A DNA stretch of 56,680 nucleotides from an uncultured Candidatus Saccharibacteria bacterium (GCA_964562505.1 CAZLTB010000003.1:1-56680), one strand, 5' to 3'; shown: positions 45,271 to 54,363, numbered from the stretch's first letter. The notes: generated by a model from the letters alone, not told the origin. Numbers and translations: made by a program.

Positions 45271-46494
45271 ATGAGTTCGATATTTGCAGCCGATTTTTTC
45301 AAAAGCAATCGAGCCAGATTGCGCGAGCAAGTAACAGACGATGCGCTAATTGTCGTTACAGCTAATGGTCTCTTGCAGCGCAATAGCGATACAACGCTTC
45401 CGTTTCGGCAAGACAGCAGCTTTTGGTATTTGACTGGCATCAATGAGCCAGATGTTGTTTTGGTAATGGATAACAGTAAAGAATATCTAATAGTTCCGAC
45501 GCGTGGAGCTGCACGAGTTGCATTCGATGGTGACTATAATAGAAATGCACTTGCCAAACGTTCTGGGGTTACAAAAATTTTGGGCGACAGAGAAGGTTGG
45601 AGACAGCTCGCTAAATCATTACGCCAATCTGATCGAGTGGCAACACCTGCCAAAATTCCGGCCTATGTTACGCAGCATGGTTTTTACACCAACCCCGCTA
45701 GGGCCCGCCTCATCCGGCGCCTCAAAGCTTCCAACGACAGGCTGGAATTAAATGATATTCGCAGTAATTTGGCTAGCCTTCGAAGCATCAAGCAGCCACA
45801 AGAGCTGAAAGCGATTCAAAAGGCAATAGATATGACTATCAAGTCTATTGCACGGATTTATCATGAAAGGAACTCCTTTAAGAATGAATGCGAAATCGAA
45901 GCAGTGCTAAGCGCAGAATTTATTTCAGGGGGCGCACGCCACGCCTACCAGCCGATAATAGCCAGTGGCAAAAATGCATGCTTGCTCCATTACATTGACA
46001 ATAATTCCAAGATTAACAATCAGGAACTACTACTAGTTGACGCGGGAGCAGAAGTCGAGAATTACGCGGCGGATATTACGCGGACTTTCCCGATCAGCCG
46101 GTTGTCTAAACGGCAGAAAGAGGTTTTAGCTGTAGTTTTAGAAGTCCAAGAATTTGCAAAAAATTATTTGAAGCCCGGCGTTATGATCAAGGATTATGAG
46201 CAAGCGGTTGAGCAATACATGGGCCAGAAATTAAAACAGCTCAAAGTGATTAAAACCATCAGCCACAGGCAGATTAGAAAATATTATCCGCATGCAACAT
46301 CTCACTTCTTAGGACTCGATGTTCACGACGTTGGAGACTATAAACAGCCGCTAGAGCCGGGCATGGTTTTAACAGTTGAACCTGGCATTTATATCCCCGA
46401 AGAACATATAGGTGTTCGTATTGAGGACGACATACTAATAACAGATACTGGACATGAAAACTTAAGCAAGCGTTTGCCAGCCTCTCTAGGCTAG
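45271..46494 (+). CDS. pepP: Xaa-Pro aminopeptidase (M24B)
   Basis: It has LVDAGAEVENYAADITRTFP, HATSHFLGLDVHD, EPGIY and GVRIEDDILIT. The ATG at 45271 is preferred over the in-frame GTG at 45265. Confidence 0.88.
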   Translation: MSSIFAADFFKSNRARLREQVTDDALIVVTANGLLQRNSDTTLPFRQDSSFWYLTGINEPDVVLVMDNSKEYLIVPTRGAARVAFDGDYNRNALAKRSGVTKILGDREGWRQLAKSLRQSDRVATPAKIPAYVTQHGFYTNPARARLIRRLKASNDRLELNDIRSNLASLRSIKQPQELKAIQKAIDMTIKSIARIYHERNSFKNECEIEAVLSAEFISGGARHAYQPIIASGKNACLLHYIDNNSKINNQELLLVDAGAEVENYAADITRTFPISRLSKRQKEVLAVVLEVQEFAKNYLKPGVMIKDYEQAVEQYMGQKLKQLKVIKTISHRQIRKYYPHATSHFLGLDVHDVGDYKQPLEPGMVLTVEPGIYIPEEHIGVRIEDDILITDTGHENLSKRLPASLG

Positions 46495-46502
46495 ATTACA
46501 AT
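46474..46502 (+). promoter_or_regulatory. Promoter TTGCCA-17-TACAAT, 7 nt before the ATG at 46510 (leaderless)
   Basis: Read directly. It lies inside the pepP 3' end and intergenic region. Confidence 0.45.
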
Positions 46503-46509
46503 AAGCGTT

Positions 46510-46875
46510 ATGCAACGAGGGCCAATAGCTCGTTTTCTCATCCGTTGGTTTGTTTGTTCGCTCGGGCTTTGGATTGCCGCTGGCTTGTTAGGTGATCGCA
46601 TAACTTATGACAGTCGTTTAGCGGTTATAATTATCGCCGGTTTAATCCTGGCCATCGTCAATACCATAATTAAGCCTATTATTGTGATTCTATCTCTACC
46701 GGCAATTCTATTCAGTCTTGGACTGTTCATGATAGTAATTAATGGCCTCATGGTACTTCTGGTTAGCAAGATTTATACTAGCCTACATGTAACTAATTTT
46801 GGTGCTGCCATGCTTGTCGGAATGGTGATTGGATTGGTAAACTATCTTGTGACCACTATACTGGAGGACAGATGA
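46510..46875 (+). CDS. Four-TM phage-holin-family-IV-like membrane protein (PF04020-type)
   Basis: 121 aa with IKPIIVILSLPAILFSLGLFMIVINGLMVLLVS. Confidence 0.65.
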   Translation: MQRGPIARFLIRWFVCSLGLWIAAGLLGDRITYDSRLAVIIIAGLILAIVNTIIKPIIVILSLPAILFSLGLFMIVINGLMVLLVSKIYTSLHVTNFGAAMLVGMVIGLVNYLVTTILEDR

Positions 46876-47084
46876 GCATTTACAATTACGTAACAATAGT
46901 CTCGATGCTGCTTATGACAGTATTGATTTTGATGCAGACAAGAGGTGCTTCTTTGGGGGCAGGACTCGGTGGCGGCGGCGAAGTCAACACTGTACGCAGA
47001 GGGTCGGACAGAACCTTGCATCAAATAACAATCCTCTTAGCTTTTATTTTTGCTAGCTCATTGATTCTTAGCGTTATCGCTTAG
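46872..47084 (+). CDS. secG: Preprotein translocase subunit SecG
   Basis: 70 aa with two TM segments flanking a Gly-rich loop (QTRGASLGAGLGGGGE). An ATGA overlap links it to the upstream gene. Confidence 0.75.
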   Translation: MSIYNYVTIVSMLLMTVLILMQTRGASLGAGLGGGGEVNTVRRGSDRTLHQITILLAFIFASSLILSVIA

Positions 47085-47099
47085 GACTTTTATCATTAC

Positions 47100-48881
47100 A
47101 TGATAGACCGCACTACTAAATTACGTTGGCGCCGGCGCTTCCGGCGTAGACGTCGCCAAGTTGAAGATTTAGGTGTACAAACCGAAGAGAACCTGGAGCG
47201 CCATTTTTTCAAGAGGCTGGATAAGCTTATTGAGGTTCGCCGTTTTATGATTGGCTGGCTTCTTCTTATTTCACTTTTGATCGTCGGCAGTGTTATACAG
47301 ACGCTTGGGCTGAGTCACTATTATCAGAATCTGGCGCCACAGCCTGGGGGAAGCTTCACTGAAGGCATCATCGGCTCTTTTACTAACACTAATCCGCTGT
47401 ATGCTAGTGGTCCAGTTGATAGCTCAGCTGCAAAATTGGTTTTTTCAGGCCTATTTAACTATGATTCCAAAAACAGGTTGGTTGGTGATCTAGCCGATAA
47501 CTGGACAGTTGATGATCGCGGTATTCGTTACGTAATAAATTTGAAAAAAGGTCTACGCTGGCATGACGGTAGACCTCTCACGGCCAGTGACGTGGTATTC
47601 ACATATCAGACTATCCAGAATCCAGATGCAAAATCTCCACTGCTTGGAAGCTGGCAAGGTATTAAGGTGGAATCTACGGATGAACATACAGTAGTTTTTA
47701 CTTTGCCTAATGTTCTTAGCTCATTTCCGTATGCGCTTACTAACGGTATTGTACCCAAACATTTATTAGACCAAATTCCAGTTAGTCAATTACGTTCTGC
47801 ACGGTTTAACAGTGTCGATCCAGTAGGTTCGGGGCCGTTTAAATGGGATAGGATTGAAGTTACTGGTGATACGCTTGAAACTCGTGAGGAGCAAATTGGA
47901 CTAGTGCCCAACGATGAATATTATGGCGAAAAACCTAAGTTACAGCGCTTTGTGATCAGAACATTTCACAACGAAAAACAGATGATAGATAGCTTCGGAC
48001 ATGGAGAGTTAAATGCCATGGCGGGTCTAACGTCAGTGCCCAGCAACATTCAGGGACAGCCCGATACACACGAATACGATATACCGCTGGCTGGGGAAGT
48101 GACGGTTTTCTTCAAGACTTCGTCGCCCAATCTTAGCGACGTAAGGGTTCGACAAGCATTGGTTAGTGCGGTTGATATACCTACTCTGGTACAGGGCTTG
48201 GGCTATCCTACAGTAATAGCAAGGGAGCCCTTGCTTGAGAACATGCTTGGCTATGACAAAACCCTTACAGAGTTACCTTATAACGTTGCCCAGGCTAATA
48301 TACTTCTTGATCAGAGCGGATGGGTAAAAAACAAGGACGGAATCAGAACTAAGGACGGCGTACCTTTGACATTTCATTTGTTTTCACAGAGTAGCAGCGA
48401 GTATTCATATGTCAGCACCGAGCTTAAAAAAATATGGAAAAGTATTGGTGTAGATGTTCAGGTAACTTTAGAAAATGATACCGATCTACAGAGAATTATC
48501 AGTAACCGTGAATATGATGCACTTTTGTACGGTATTTCAATAGGAATTGATCCCGATGTGTTTGCCTATTGGCACAGTTCTCAAGCCGACCTACGCTCCA
48601 CAACTCGGCTTAACTTGTCAGAATATAAGTCTCAGGTTGCCGATAAAGCCTTGGAAGCTGGCCGAACAAGGTCCGATCCAACAATTAGGGCAATCAAGTA
48701 TCGTCCATTTCTTGAGGCTTGGCGAAATGATGCGCCGGCTCTGACTTTGTATCAGCCGAGATTTGTTTACGTGACCCACGGCACACTATTTAATTTTGAT
48801 CCTCCTGTTCTTAACACGGCCACTGATCGATATAATAATGTTACGAACTGGATGATACGACAGACCAAAGTCTATAAGTAG
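47100..48881 (+). CDS. Family-5 (OppA/DppA-like) ABC substrate-binding protein with an Arg-rich N-terminal signal anchor
   Basis: 593 aa. It has NWTVDDRGIRYVINLKKGLRWHDGRPLTASDVVFTY. The N-terminus is KLRWRRRFRRRRRQ followed by a TM. Confidence 0.8.
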   Translation: MIDRTTKLRWRRRFRRRRRQVEDLGVQTEENLERHFFKRLDKLIEVRRFMIGWLLLISLLIVGSVIQTLGLSHYYQNLAPQPGGSFTEGIIGSFTNTNPLYASGPVDSSAAKLVFSGLFNYDSKNRLVGDLADNWTVDDRGIRYVINLKKGLRWHDGRPLTASDVVFTYQTIQNPDAKSPLLGSWQGIKVESTDEHTVVFTLPNVLSSFPYALTNGIVPKHLLDQIPVSQLRSARFNSVDPVGSGPFKWDRIEVTGDTLETREEQIGLVPNDEYYGEKPKLQRFVIRTFHNEKQMIDSFGHGELNAMAGLTSVPSNIQGQPDTHEYDIPLAGEVTVFFKTSSPNLSDVRVRQALVSAVDIPTLVQGLGYPTVIAREPLLENMLGYDKTLTELPYNVAQANILLDQSGWVKNKDGIRTKDGVPLTFHLFSQSSSEYSYVSTELKKIWKSIGVDVQVTLENDTDLQRIISNREYDALLYGISIGIDPDVFAYWHSSQADLRSTTRLNLSEYKSQVADKALEAGRTRSDPTIRAIKYRPFLEAWRNDAPALTLYQPRFVYVTHGTLFNFDPPVLNTATDRYNNVTNWMIRQTKVYK

Positions 48882-48934
48882 AGAGGCCGTTCTTGAGTTT
48901 CGGGCTCAAAACACTTAAGATATCAGAGCTCTAA

Positions 48935-49020
48935 GCGCGAGTGGCGGAATGGTAGACGCGCTAGCTTCAGGAGCTAGTGGGGGCAACCCCATGGAGGTTC
49001 AAGTCCTCTCTCGCGCACCA
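48935..49020 (+). tRNA. tRNA-Leu(CAG), CCA encoded
   Basis: Hand-folded cloverleaf: acceptor gcgcgag/ctcgcgc, anticodon stem ctagc/gctag with loop ttCAGga, a 15-nt variable arm and T-arm ggagg-ttcaagt-cctct. Confidence 0.9.
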
Positions 49021-49079
49021 GCTGTGCTATCATATCCCCCAGTACGCTAAAGCTTTGATGGGTATCAATACGTTATTAT

Positions 49080-50714
49080 ATGAGTAAAGTTGCACACTAT
49101 CTGCAGGAACACATTGTCGGCGAAGTAATAACAAGTAAAGATGCTCGCCACTATTTTTCGACAGACGGCAGTGTTTTTACAATTACGCCGGGAATCATTC
49201 TATACCCCAAGAACGAAAATGATGTACGTAAAACCGCGCGTTTCACCTGGCAGTTGGCAGAAAGAGGCCGCATTATACCAATGACTGCCAGAGGAGCTGG
49301 TACGGATCAAGGCGGCGCTGCCATAGGTTCCGGAGTCATTTTGGTTTTTCCCGCTCACATGAATCGAATTATGGAGTTTGATAGCAAGAGCGGTGAAGTC
49401 ATAGTCGAGCCAGGTATTAACTATGGAAAATTACAGCAGGCCTTGCATACACACAATCGCTTCTTACCTCCTTACCCTGCCTCATTTGAATACAGCACAG
49501 TTGGTGGTGCAATTGCTAACAATGCCGGCGGAGAGAAAACCATCAAATATGGCAGTATGCGGGAATACGTAAAGGGTCTAAGGGTAGTGTTGGCAAACGG
49601 CGAGATTATTGAAACCGGGAAGCTAAACAAGCGCGAACTTAATAAAAAATTAGGACTGGCGACTTTTGAAGGTGAAATTTATAGAACTCTGGATGTTCTT
49701 CTGGAGGAAAACCACGGGCTAGTTAAACAGCTAACACTTCAAACCACCAAAAATTCAGCCGGCTATGCGCTTGACCTGATCAAGCGAGATGGCTCATTTG
49801 ATCTGACGCCATTGTTCGTAGGTTCACAAGGCACGCTCGGCATAGTCACAGAATCGACACTAGAAACCAGAAACTATAATCCAAACACTACTCTTATGGC
49901 AGCTCTGTTTGACGATATACAATTGGCTGAACAGGTTATTCTCGAAATTCGTAAGTCATCAGACCTACCCAGTGCTATAGAAATGGTTGACGAGCAGTTG
50001 CTTTCTTTTGTCCAGAAGCATAATCCTAATATGCTCAAGGGCATTATCGAACCACCATTGCCAAAACTTGTATTATTAATAGAATTTGATGACCAGAGTG
50101 ATCGTATACAGAAGCACCAGCTTAGACGGGTACAGAAGTTACTTAACAAATACCAGGTGGCATATCGCGAGGAGACTGAGACATCAAAAAAAGAAGAACT
50201 CTGGAAAATTCGCCGCAGTGCTGCCACCGTCATAACTCATAATGAAGGCAATCTGAGGGCAGTACCGATAATTGAAGACGGTATTGTACCTATTGATAAA
50301 TTCGGAACTTATATTAAAAACGTTTACGAAATTTTTGAACGTCACGGGCTCAAGGCAGCTATGTGGGGTCATGCAGGAGATGCCAATATTCATATGCAGC
50401 CGCTGCTTGACTTAAGTCAGGTAGGCCACCGTCAGAAAGTTTTTAAACTAATGGACGAATATTACAAAATGATTATCGAAATGGGAGGTAGTACAAGTGC
50501 TGAACATGGTGATGGTCGGCTTCGTGCTCCATACTTAAAGGCGCTTTATGGTGACGAGATCTATCAATTATTCCAAAAGGTGAAGCAGTTATTTGATCCT
50601 TACGGAACTTTGAATCCAGGGGTAAAAATGGACGTTACTTTAGAGTCCATAAAACCGCTCCTACGACATGAGTACGGCCTAAATCATTTGTACGATCATC
50701 TGCCGGGCGGCTGA
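49080..50714 (+). CDS. FAD-linked oxidase (GlcD / D-lactate dehydrogenase-like)
   Basis: 544 aa. It has the PCMH-type FAD domain (ARGAGTDQGGAAIG, GGAIANNAGGEK) and a C-terminal FAD-oxidase_C region (GGSTSAEHGDGRLR). Confidence 0.8.
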   Translation: MSKVAHYLQEHIVGEVITSKDARHYFSTDGSVFTITPGIILYPKNENDVRKTARFTWQLAERGRIIPMTARGAGTDQGGAAIGSGVILVFPAHMNRIMEFDSKSGEVIVEPGINYGKLQQALHTHNRFLPPYPASFEYSTVGGAIANNAGGEKTIKYGSMREYVKGLRVVLANGEIIETGKLNKRELNKKLGLATFEGEIYRTLDVLLEENHGLVKQLTLQTTKNSAGYALDLIKRDGSFDLTPLFVGSQGTLGIVTESTLETRNYNPNTTLMAALFDDIQLAEQVILEIRKSSDLPSAIEMVDEQLLSFVQKHNPNMLKGIIEPPLPKLVLLIEFDDQSDRIQKHQLRRVQKLLNKYQVAYREETETSKKEELWKIRRSAATVITHNEGNLRAVPIIEDGIVPIDKFGTYIKNVYEIFERHGLKAAMWGHAGDANIHMQPLLDLSQVGHRQKVFKLMDEYYKMIIEMGGSTSAEHGDGRLRAPYLKALYGDEIYQLFQKVKQLFDPYGTLNPGVKMDVTLESIKPLLRHEYGLNHLYDHLPGG

Positions 50715-50719
50715 TAAGC

Positions 50720-50995
50720 ATGAGCGAAACACTTTTCTTCAATATCCTAGGGACCATGGGTGCCTGTTTGATATTGCTAGGTTTTTACCGTACCAGCATT
50801 GGAAAGTGGAAAAATAAATCATTCATATATGAACTAGACAACACCATTGGGGCATTGCTCCTGATCGTATACCAATTTCATTTACATGCCTTTATCAGCG
50901 TAGTGCTCAATGTGATATGGGCGATCGTAGCTTTCCGAGGTCTACTGTCATTTGCCGAAAGATATAGTTGGTCAAGGCAAAAACGTCGAAATTAA
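50720..50995 (+). CDS. Small 3-TM membrane protein, unknown function
   Basis: 91-aa ORF starting 5 nt after the oxidase gene. Confidence 0.5.
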   Translation: MSETLFFNILGTMGACLILLGFYRTSIGKWKNKSFIYELDNTIGALLLIVYQFHLHAFISVVLNVIWAIVAFRGLLSFAERYSWSRQKRRN

Positions 50996-50997
50996 GC

Positions 50998-51015
50998 TGG
51001 TGCGCGAGAGAGGAC
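50998..51015 (-). repeat. 18-nt copy of the tRNA-Leu 3' end (GTCCTCTCTCGCGCACCA), direct repeat of 51108..51125
   Basis: Exact match read on the + strand as tggtgcgcgagagaggac at both positions. Confidence 0.85.
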
Positions 51016-51077
51016 AGCGCTCTGGCAACGCGCAGTGCTAACCTGCCTGGAGGTTCAAGAACCTTACGTACCAATGC

Positions 51078-51098
51078 AAAAACCGACCTAGCGGCCGG
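51078..51098 (-). terminator. Terminator-like hairpin after tRNA-Leu(GAG)
   Basis: The minus strand reads ccggcc-gcta-ggtcgg (one G:U) followed by TTTTT. Confidence 0.5.
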
Positions 51099-51107
51099 CT
51101 TTCACAT

Positions 51108-51192
51108 TGGTGCGCGAGAGAGGACTTGAACCTCCACGCCTTGCGGCACAGCCACCTCAAGGCTGCGTGTCTACCAATTCCACCACTCGCGC
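51108..51192 (-). tRNA. tRNA-Leu(GAG), CCA encoded
   Basis: The reverse complement folds as acceptor gcgcgag/ctcgcgc, anticodon stem cagcc/ggctg with loop ttGAGgt, a 13-nt variable arm and T-arm ggagg-ttcaagt-cctct. Confidence 0.9.
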
Positions 51193-51217
51193 ATTGATAA
51201 TAGCTGAATCAATCCTA

Positions 51218-51294
51218 TGGTGGGCGCTGAGGGACTCGAACCCCCGACCCTCTCGGTGTAAACGAGATGCTCTAGCCAACTGAGCTAAGCGCCC
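51218..51294 (-). tRNA. tRNA-Val(UAC), CCA encoded
   Basis: The reverse complement is gggcgcttagctcagttggctagagcatctcgttTACaccgagagggtcgggggttcgagtccctcagcgcccacca. Confidence 0.9.
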
Positions 51295-51382
51295 TTGTCC
51301 AGGGGATTATACTATAACTTCCCACCTTAGCTCCACTATGGAAAAATCCGGAAATATATCCGGATTTTTATTTCACGCGCCG

Positions 51383-53401
51383 CTATCTAAGCATTTTTAG
51401 CAGCTCAGGTTCTTTGATTTGTTTGATACCAAGATCGCGAGCTCTGGTAAGTTTAGATTCGCCGACATTGGCGCCAACCACTAGAAAATCCGTGTCTTTA
51501 GCGACACTTGTCTGGAAGGTGCCTCCTAGCGCTCGGATTTTTTCAGCTGCTTCATCGCGGCTCATCGATTCCAGGGTTCCGGTTATAACGAAATTCTTGC
51601 CGCTCAATTTTCCGCCAGTTGATTTCACGTCATCCGGCCAGACATTCAAGCGGCGGAATTTTGCCAACAACTTCTGATTATCTTCATCATCAAACCACAG
51701 TAGAATTGATTCAGCCACAATATCACCGATACCTTCCACTGATTGTAGTTCTTCGAGTGAAGCGCTGCCCAAACTATCAAGACGCTTAAAATGGTTAGAT
51801 AGATCAATTGCAGTTTGGGTGCCAACGTGACGAATACCTAATCCGTAAATGAATCGGGCCAAAGGCGGTTGCTTTTTAGCCTGAACAGCACCAACAAGCT
51901 TTTCGGCTGAGATTTCGGCAAAGCGCTCAAGGCCTAAGATTTGTTCCTTTGTAAGGGTGTAAATATCTGCCAGATCTTTGACCAGTCCAGCCTTGACTAA
52001 GGCTCCAACATTCTTTTCGCCAAGCGTATCAATATCAAGTGCGCCTCGGCTAGCGAAATGCTCCAGCTCTTGTTTAAGCAGTATCTTACTTGTTGCGCCT
52101 TTAACTCGGTAGACCGCTTCGCCTTCTGGGCGTATGAATTCAAGATCAGGAAATTGGCGACCGAGTTCAGTTTCCATATCGAATTTTCTGGCGTTTTTTG
52201 GCCTAAGTTCTGTTAAAACTTTATTTACCTGAGGAATAATGTCCCCGGCTTTGAAGATAACGACCGTGTCACTGATCCGGATGTCTTTACGAGCAATCTC
52301 ATCGGCATTATGGAGTGATGCATGCTGTACGGTTGTCCCGGCAACTATCACTGGGTCGAAGACTGCTACGGGTGTTGCAGCGCCAGTGCGCCCGATGCTT
52401 ATGACAATGTCTTTAACCACCGTCGTAGCCTCTTCGGCGGCATATTTGAAAGCCACCGCTCCACGCGGAGCTTTACCAACTACACCTAGCTCACCATAAG
52501 TAGCCCGGTCGTTGATTTTAATAACTAATCCATCTGTGTTAAATGGTAGCTTATGACGCTTTTCTTCCCAGTCGTCGGCAAACTTTACCACCTCATCAAT
52601 AGTTTTAAAGACACTGGACTCGGAGTTGGCAGGTATGCCAATTGCTCTTAGAGCTTCATAAGCAAACTTATAAGTTGATACTTTGTCCGTGTCTTCACGG
52701 ATTAGGTCATAAGCTCGGAATTGCATTGGCCGAGCGGCGACAAGTTTGGGATCAAGCTGGCGAATAGTGCCTGCGCTGAGATTCCTGGGATTCATAAATG
52801 GCGGCAATCCCTCTTCCTCGCGCTTTTTGTTTAGGCTATCGAAGTCCTTTCGAAGCATTATAATCTCGCCACGAATTTCGGTTCGACCACGCAAAAAATT
52901 TTCGTAGCCCTTTGCGGTTCTAAGCTGAAAAGGTACAGAATTGATAGTGGCTACATTATTGGTAACGTCTTCGCCGACAAAACCGTCCCCACGCGTTATG
53001 GCTTGAGTGTATCTGCCATCCTGGTACACCAAAGCACAGGCTAAGCCATCCATCTTAAGATCCGCAAAAAGCTCCAGATTGTGGCCTGGAATTATCTTGG
53101 CGATTCGGGTCATCCAAGCTTCCAATTCTTGGCGGTTAAATACATCATTCAGGCTGAGCATGCGTGAGCTATGTTGGACTTTTTTGAACCCTTCAAGAGG
53201 CTGCCCAGCCACACGCTGAGTTGGCGAATCAGATGTGATCAATTCGGGAAATTTTTCTTCGAGTTGCGAAAGTTCATGTTTGAGGCTGTCGGCAGCAGCC
53301 TCGCTCATAGTCGACTCGTCAAGAACATGGTAGTGATACCGATAATCATTGATTAATCTACGAAGTTTTTGGATGCGTTCTTCAGCCTGTTCTTTGCTCA
53401 T
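51383..53401 (-). CDS. ligA: NAD-dependent DNA ligase LigA (zinc-finger cysteines absent)
   Basis: 672 aa. It has the adenylation motif ADLKMDGLA, an OB fold, HhH repeats (GLGIRHVG, VEGIGDIVA) and a C-terminal BRCT (GKNFVITG). Confidence 0.92.
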   Translation of the reverse strand: MSKEQAEERIQKLRRLINDYRYHYHVLDESTMSEAAADSLKHELSQLEEKFPELITSDSPTQRVAGQPLEGFKKVQHSSRMLSLNDVFNRQELEAWMTRIAKIIPGHNLELFADLKMDGLACALVYQDGRYTQAITRGDGFVGEDVTNNVATINSVPFQLRTAKGYENFLRGRTEIRGEIIMLRKDFDSLNKKREEEGLPPFMNPRNLSAGTIRQLDPKLVAARPMQFRAYDLIREDTDKVSTYKFAYEALRAIGIPANSESSVFKTIDEVVKFADDWEEKRHKLPFNTDGLVIKINDRATYGELGVVGKAPRGAVAFKYAAEEATTVVKDIVISIGRTGAATPVAVFDPVIVAGTTVQHASLHNADEIARKDIRISDTVVIFKAGDIIPQVNKVLTELRPKNARKFDMETELGRQFPDLEFIRPEGEAVYRVKGATSKILLKQELEHFASRGALDIDTLGEKNVGALVKAGLVKDLADIYTLTKEQILGLERFAEISAEKLVGAVQAKKQPPLARFIYGLGIRHVGTQTAIDLSNHFKRLDSLGSASLEELQSVEGIGDIVAESILLWFDDEDNQKLLAKFRRLNVWPDDVKSTGGKLSGKNFVITGTLESMSRDEAAEKIRALGGTFQTSVAKDTDFLVVGANVGESKLTRARDLGIKQIKEPELLKMLR

Positions 53402-54363
53402 AAAAGCTCCCTATATAGCGAGTACATGTAACTATGTATGACAGGTAATGCCAAAATTGTCAGCACAAAAAATACCCATTCAGCAATTGGTGTAAGAAAC
53501 AGAGCTATTGGTATAGTAATTATCGCCCCAATAATAAGCAAAACTATGGGTAAAAAAACTACCTTTCTCATGATCAACCAGCGACGATAACGAACGAGTC
53601 CACGGGCAGAGCGTAAAGCTTGCAAGGGGCGCATATCAGGCAGGGTAACTATGTAGAGAGCAAAAAGTGATGAACAGACCATATATAGCGAGAATATGCC
53701 GAATAAGGATAAAAGAATTCCCCAGAGAATCCTTTCTAACAAGGTCACCGCCAAACCACCTGCCAAGACAACGTTGTAGAGAAACCCGCCAACTAGGATA
53801 GGCAAGAGCTGGATACCAACCACAATCAAAACCAATAAGAAAGGCACAAGCGGGTAAAGACTTTTATAGAATGTATCGCTTAAGCCTATTTTTTCACCAG
53901 CTAATACCTGGCGCAAAGTCCAGATCACGACCAAGCTTATTATTAGCAGCAACATCAGCTGATAAGCGCTAGACAGTTCGCTGCCTGTATTGCCAGCCGA
54001 GCCCAGCAACAATCCAAACAAAGTCACACCTGTCGTAATTTGAGCATTTGTGCCAGCGAATAAATCCTGGAAGCTTTTTTTGATTTCGGTTAAATGGCTG
54101 CTAGAGCTCAGTCCCTTAACCAAAATAATATCAAGCACTATGTAGATAAGTATAATTTGCCCGAATATTTTCCAGTTTTTGATAAGCAGCTTCAAACTAT
54201 TTGTGAATATTCTAAACGCACTTTTTAATTTAGGTTTTGGATGAGAAATGCGTTTCTGTAAACGAAATGACTCGTATCTACCCATTTTCAGACGTCGAGT
54301 GACGGTCTCGCCTTTAGTTTTCTTTATCTTTTTAACTGGTCCTTTGTTGGTTTTTTTTGCCAT
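53398..54363 (-). CDS. Polytopic membrane protein with a Lys-rich N-terminus, unknown function
   Basis: 321 aa with about 6 TM. It is coupled to ligA by an ATGA overlap and starts 2 nt after htpX. Confidence 0.6.
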   Translation of the reverse strand: MAKKTNKGPVKKIKKTKGETVTRRLKMGRYESFRLQKRISHPKPKLKSAFRIFTNSLKLLIKNWKIFGQIILIYIVLDIILVKGLSSSSHLTEIKKSFQDLFAGTNAQITTGVTLFGLLLGSAGNTGSELSSAYQLMLLLIISLVVIWTLRQVLAGEKIGLSDTFYKSLYPLVPFLLVLIVVGIQLLPILVGGFLYNVVLAGGLAVTLLERILWGILLSLFGIFSLYMVCSSLFALYIVTLPDMRPLQALRSARGLVRYRRWLIMRKVVFLPIVLLIIGAIITIPIALFLTPIAEWVFFVLTILALPVIHSYMYSLYRELL

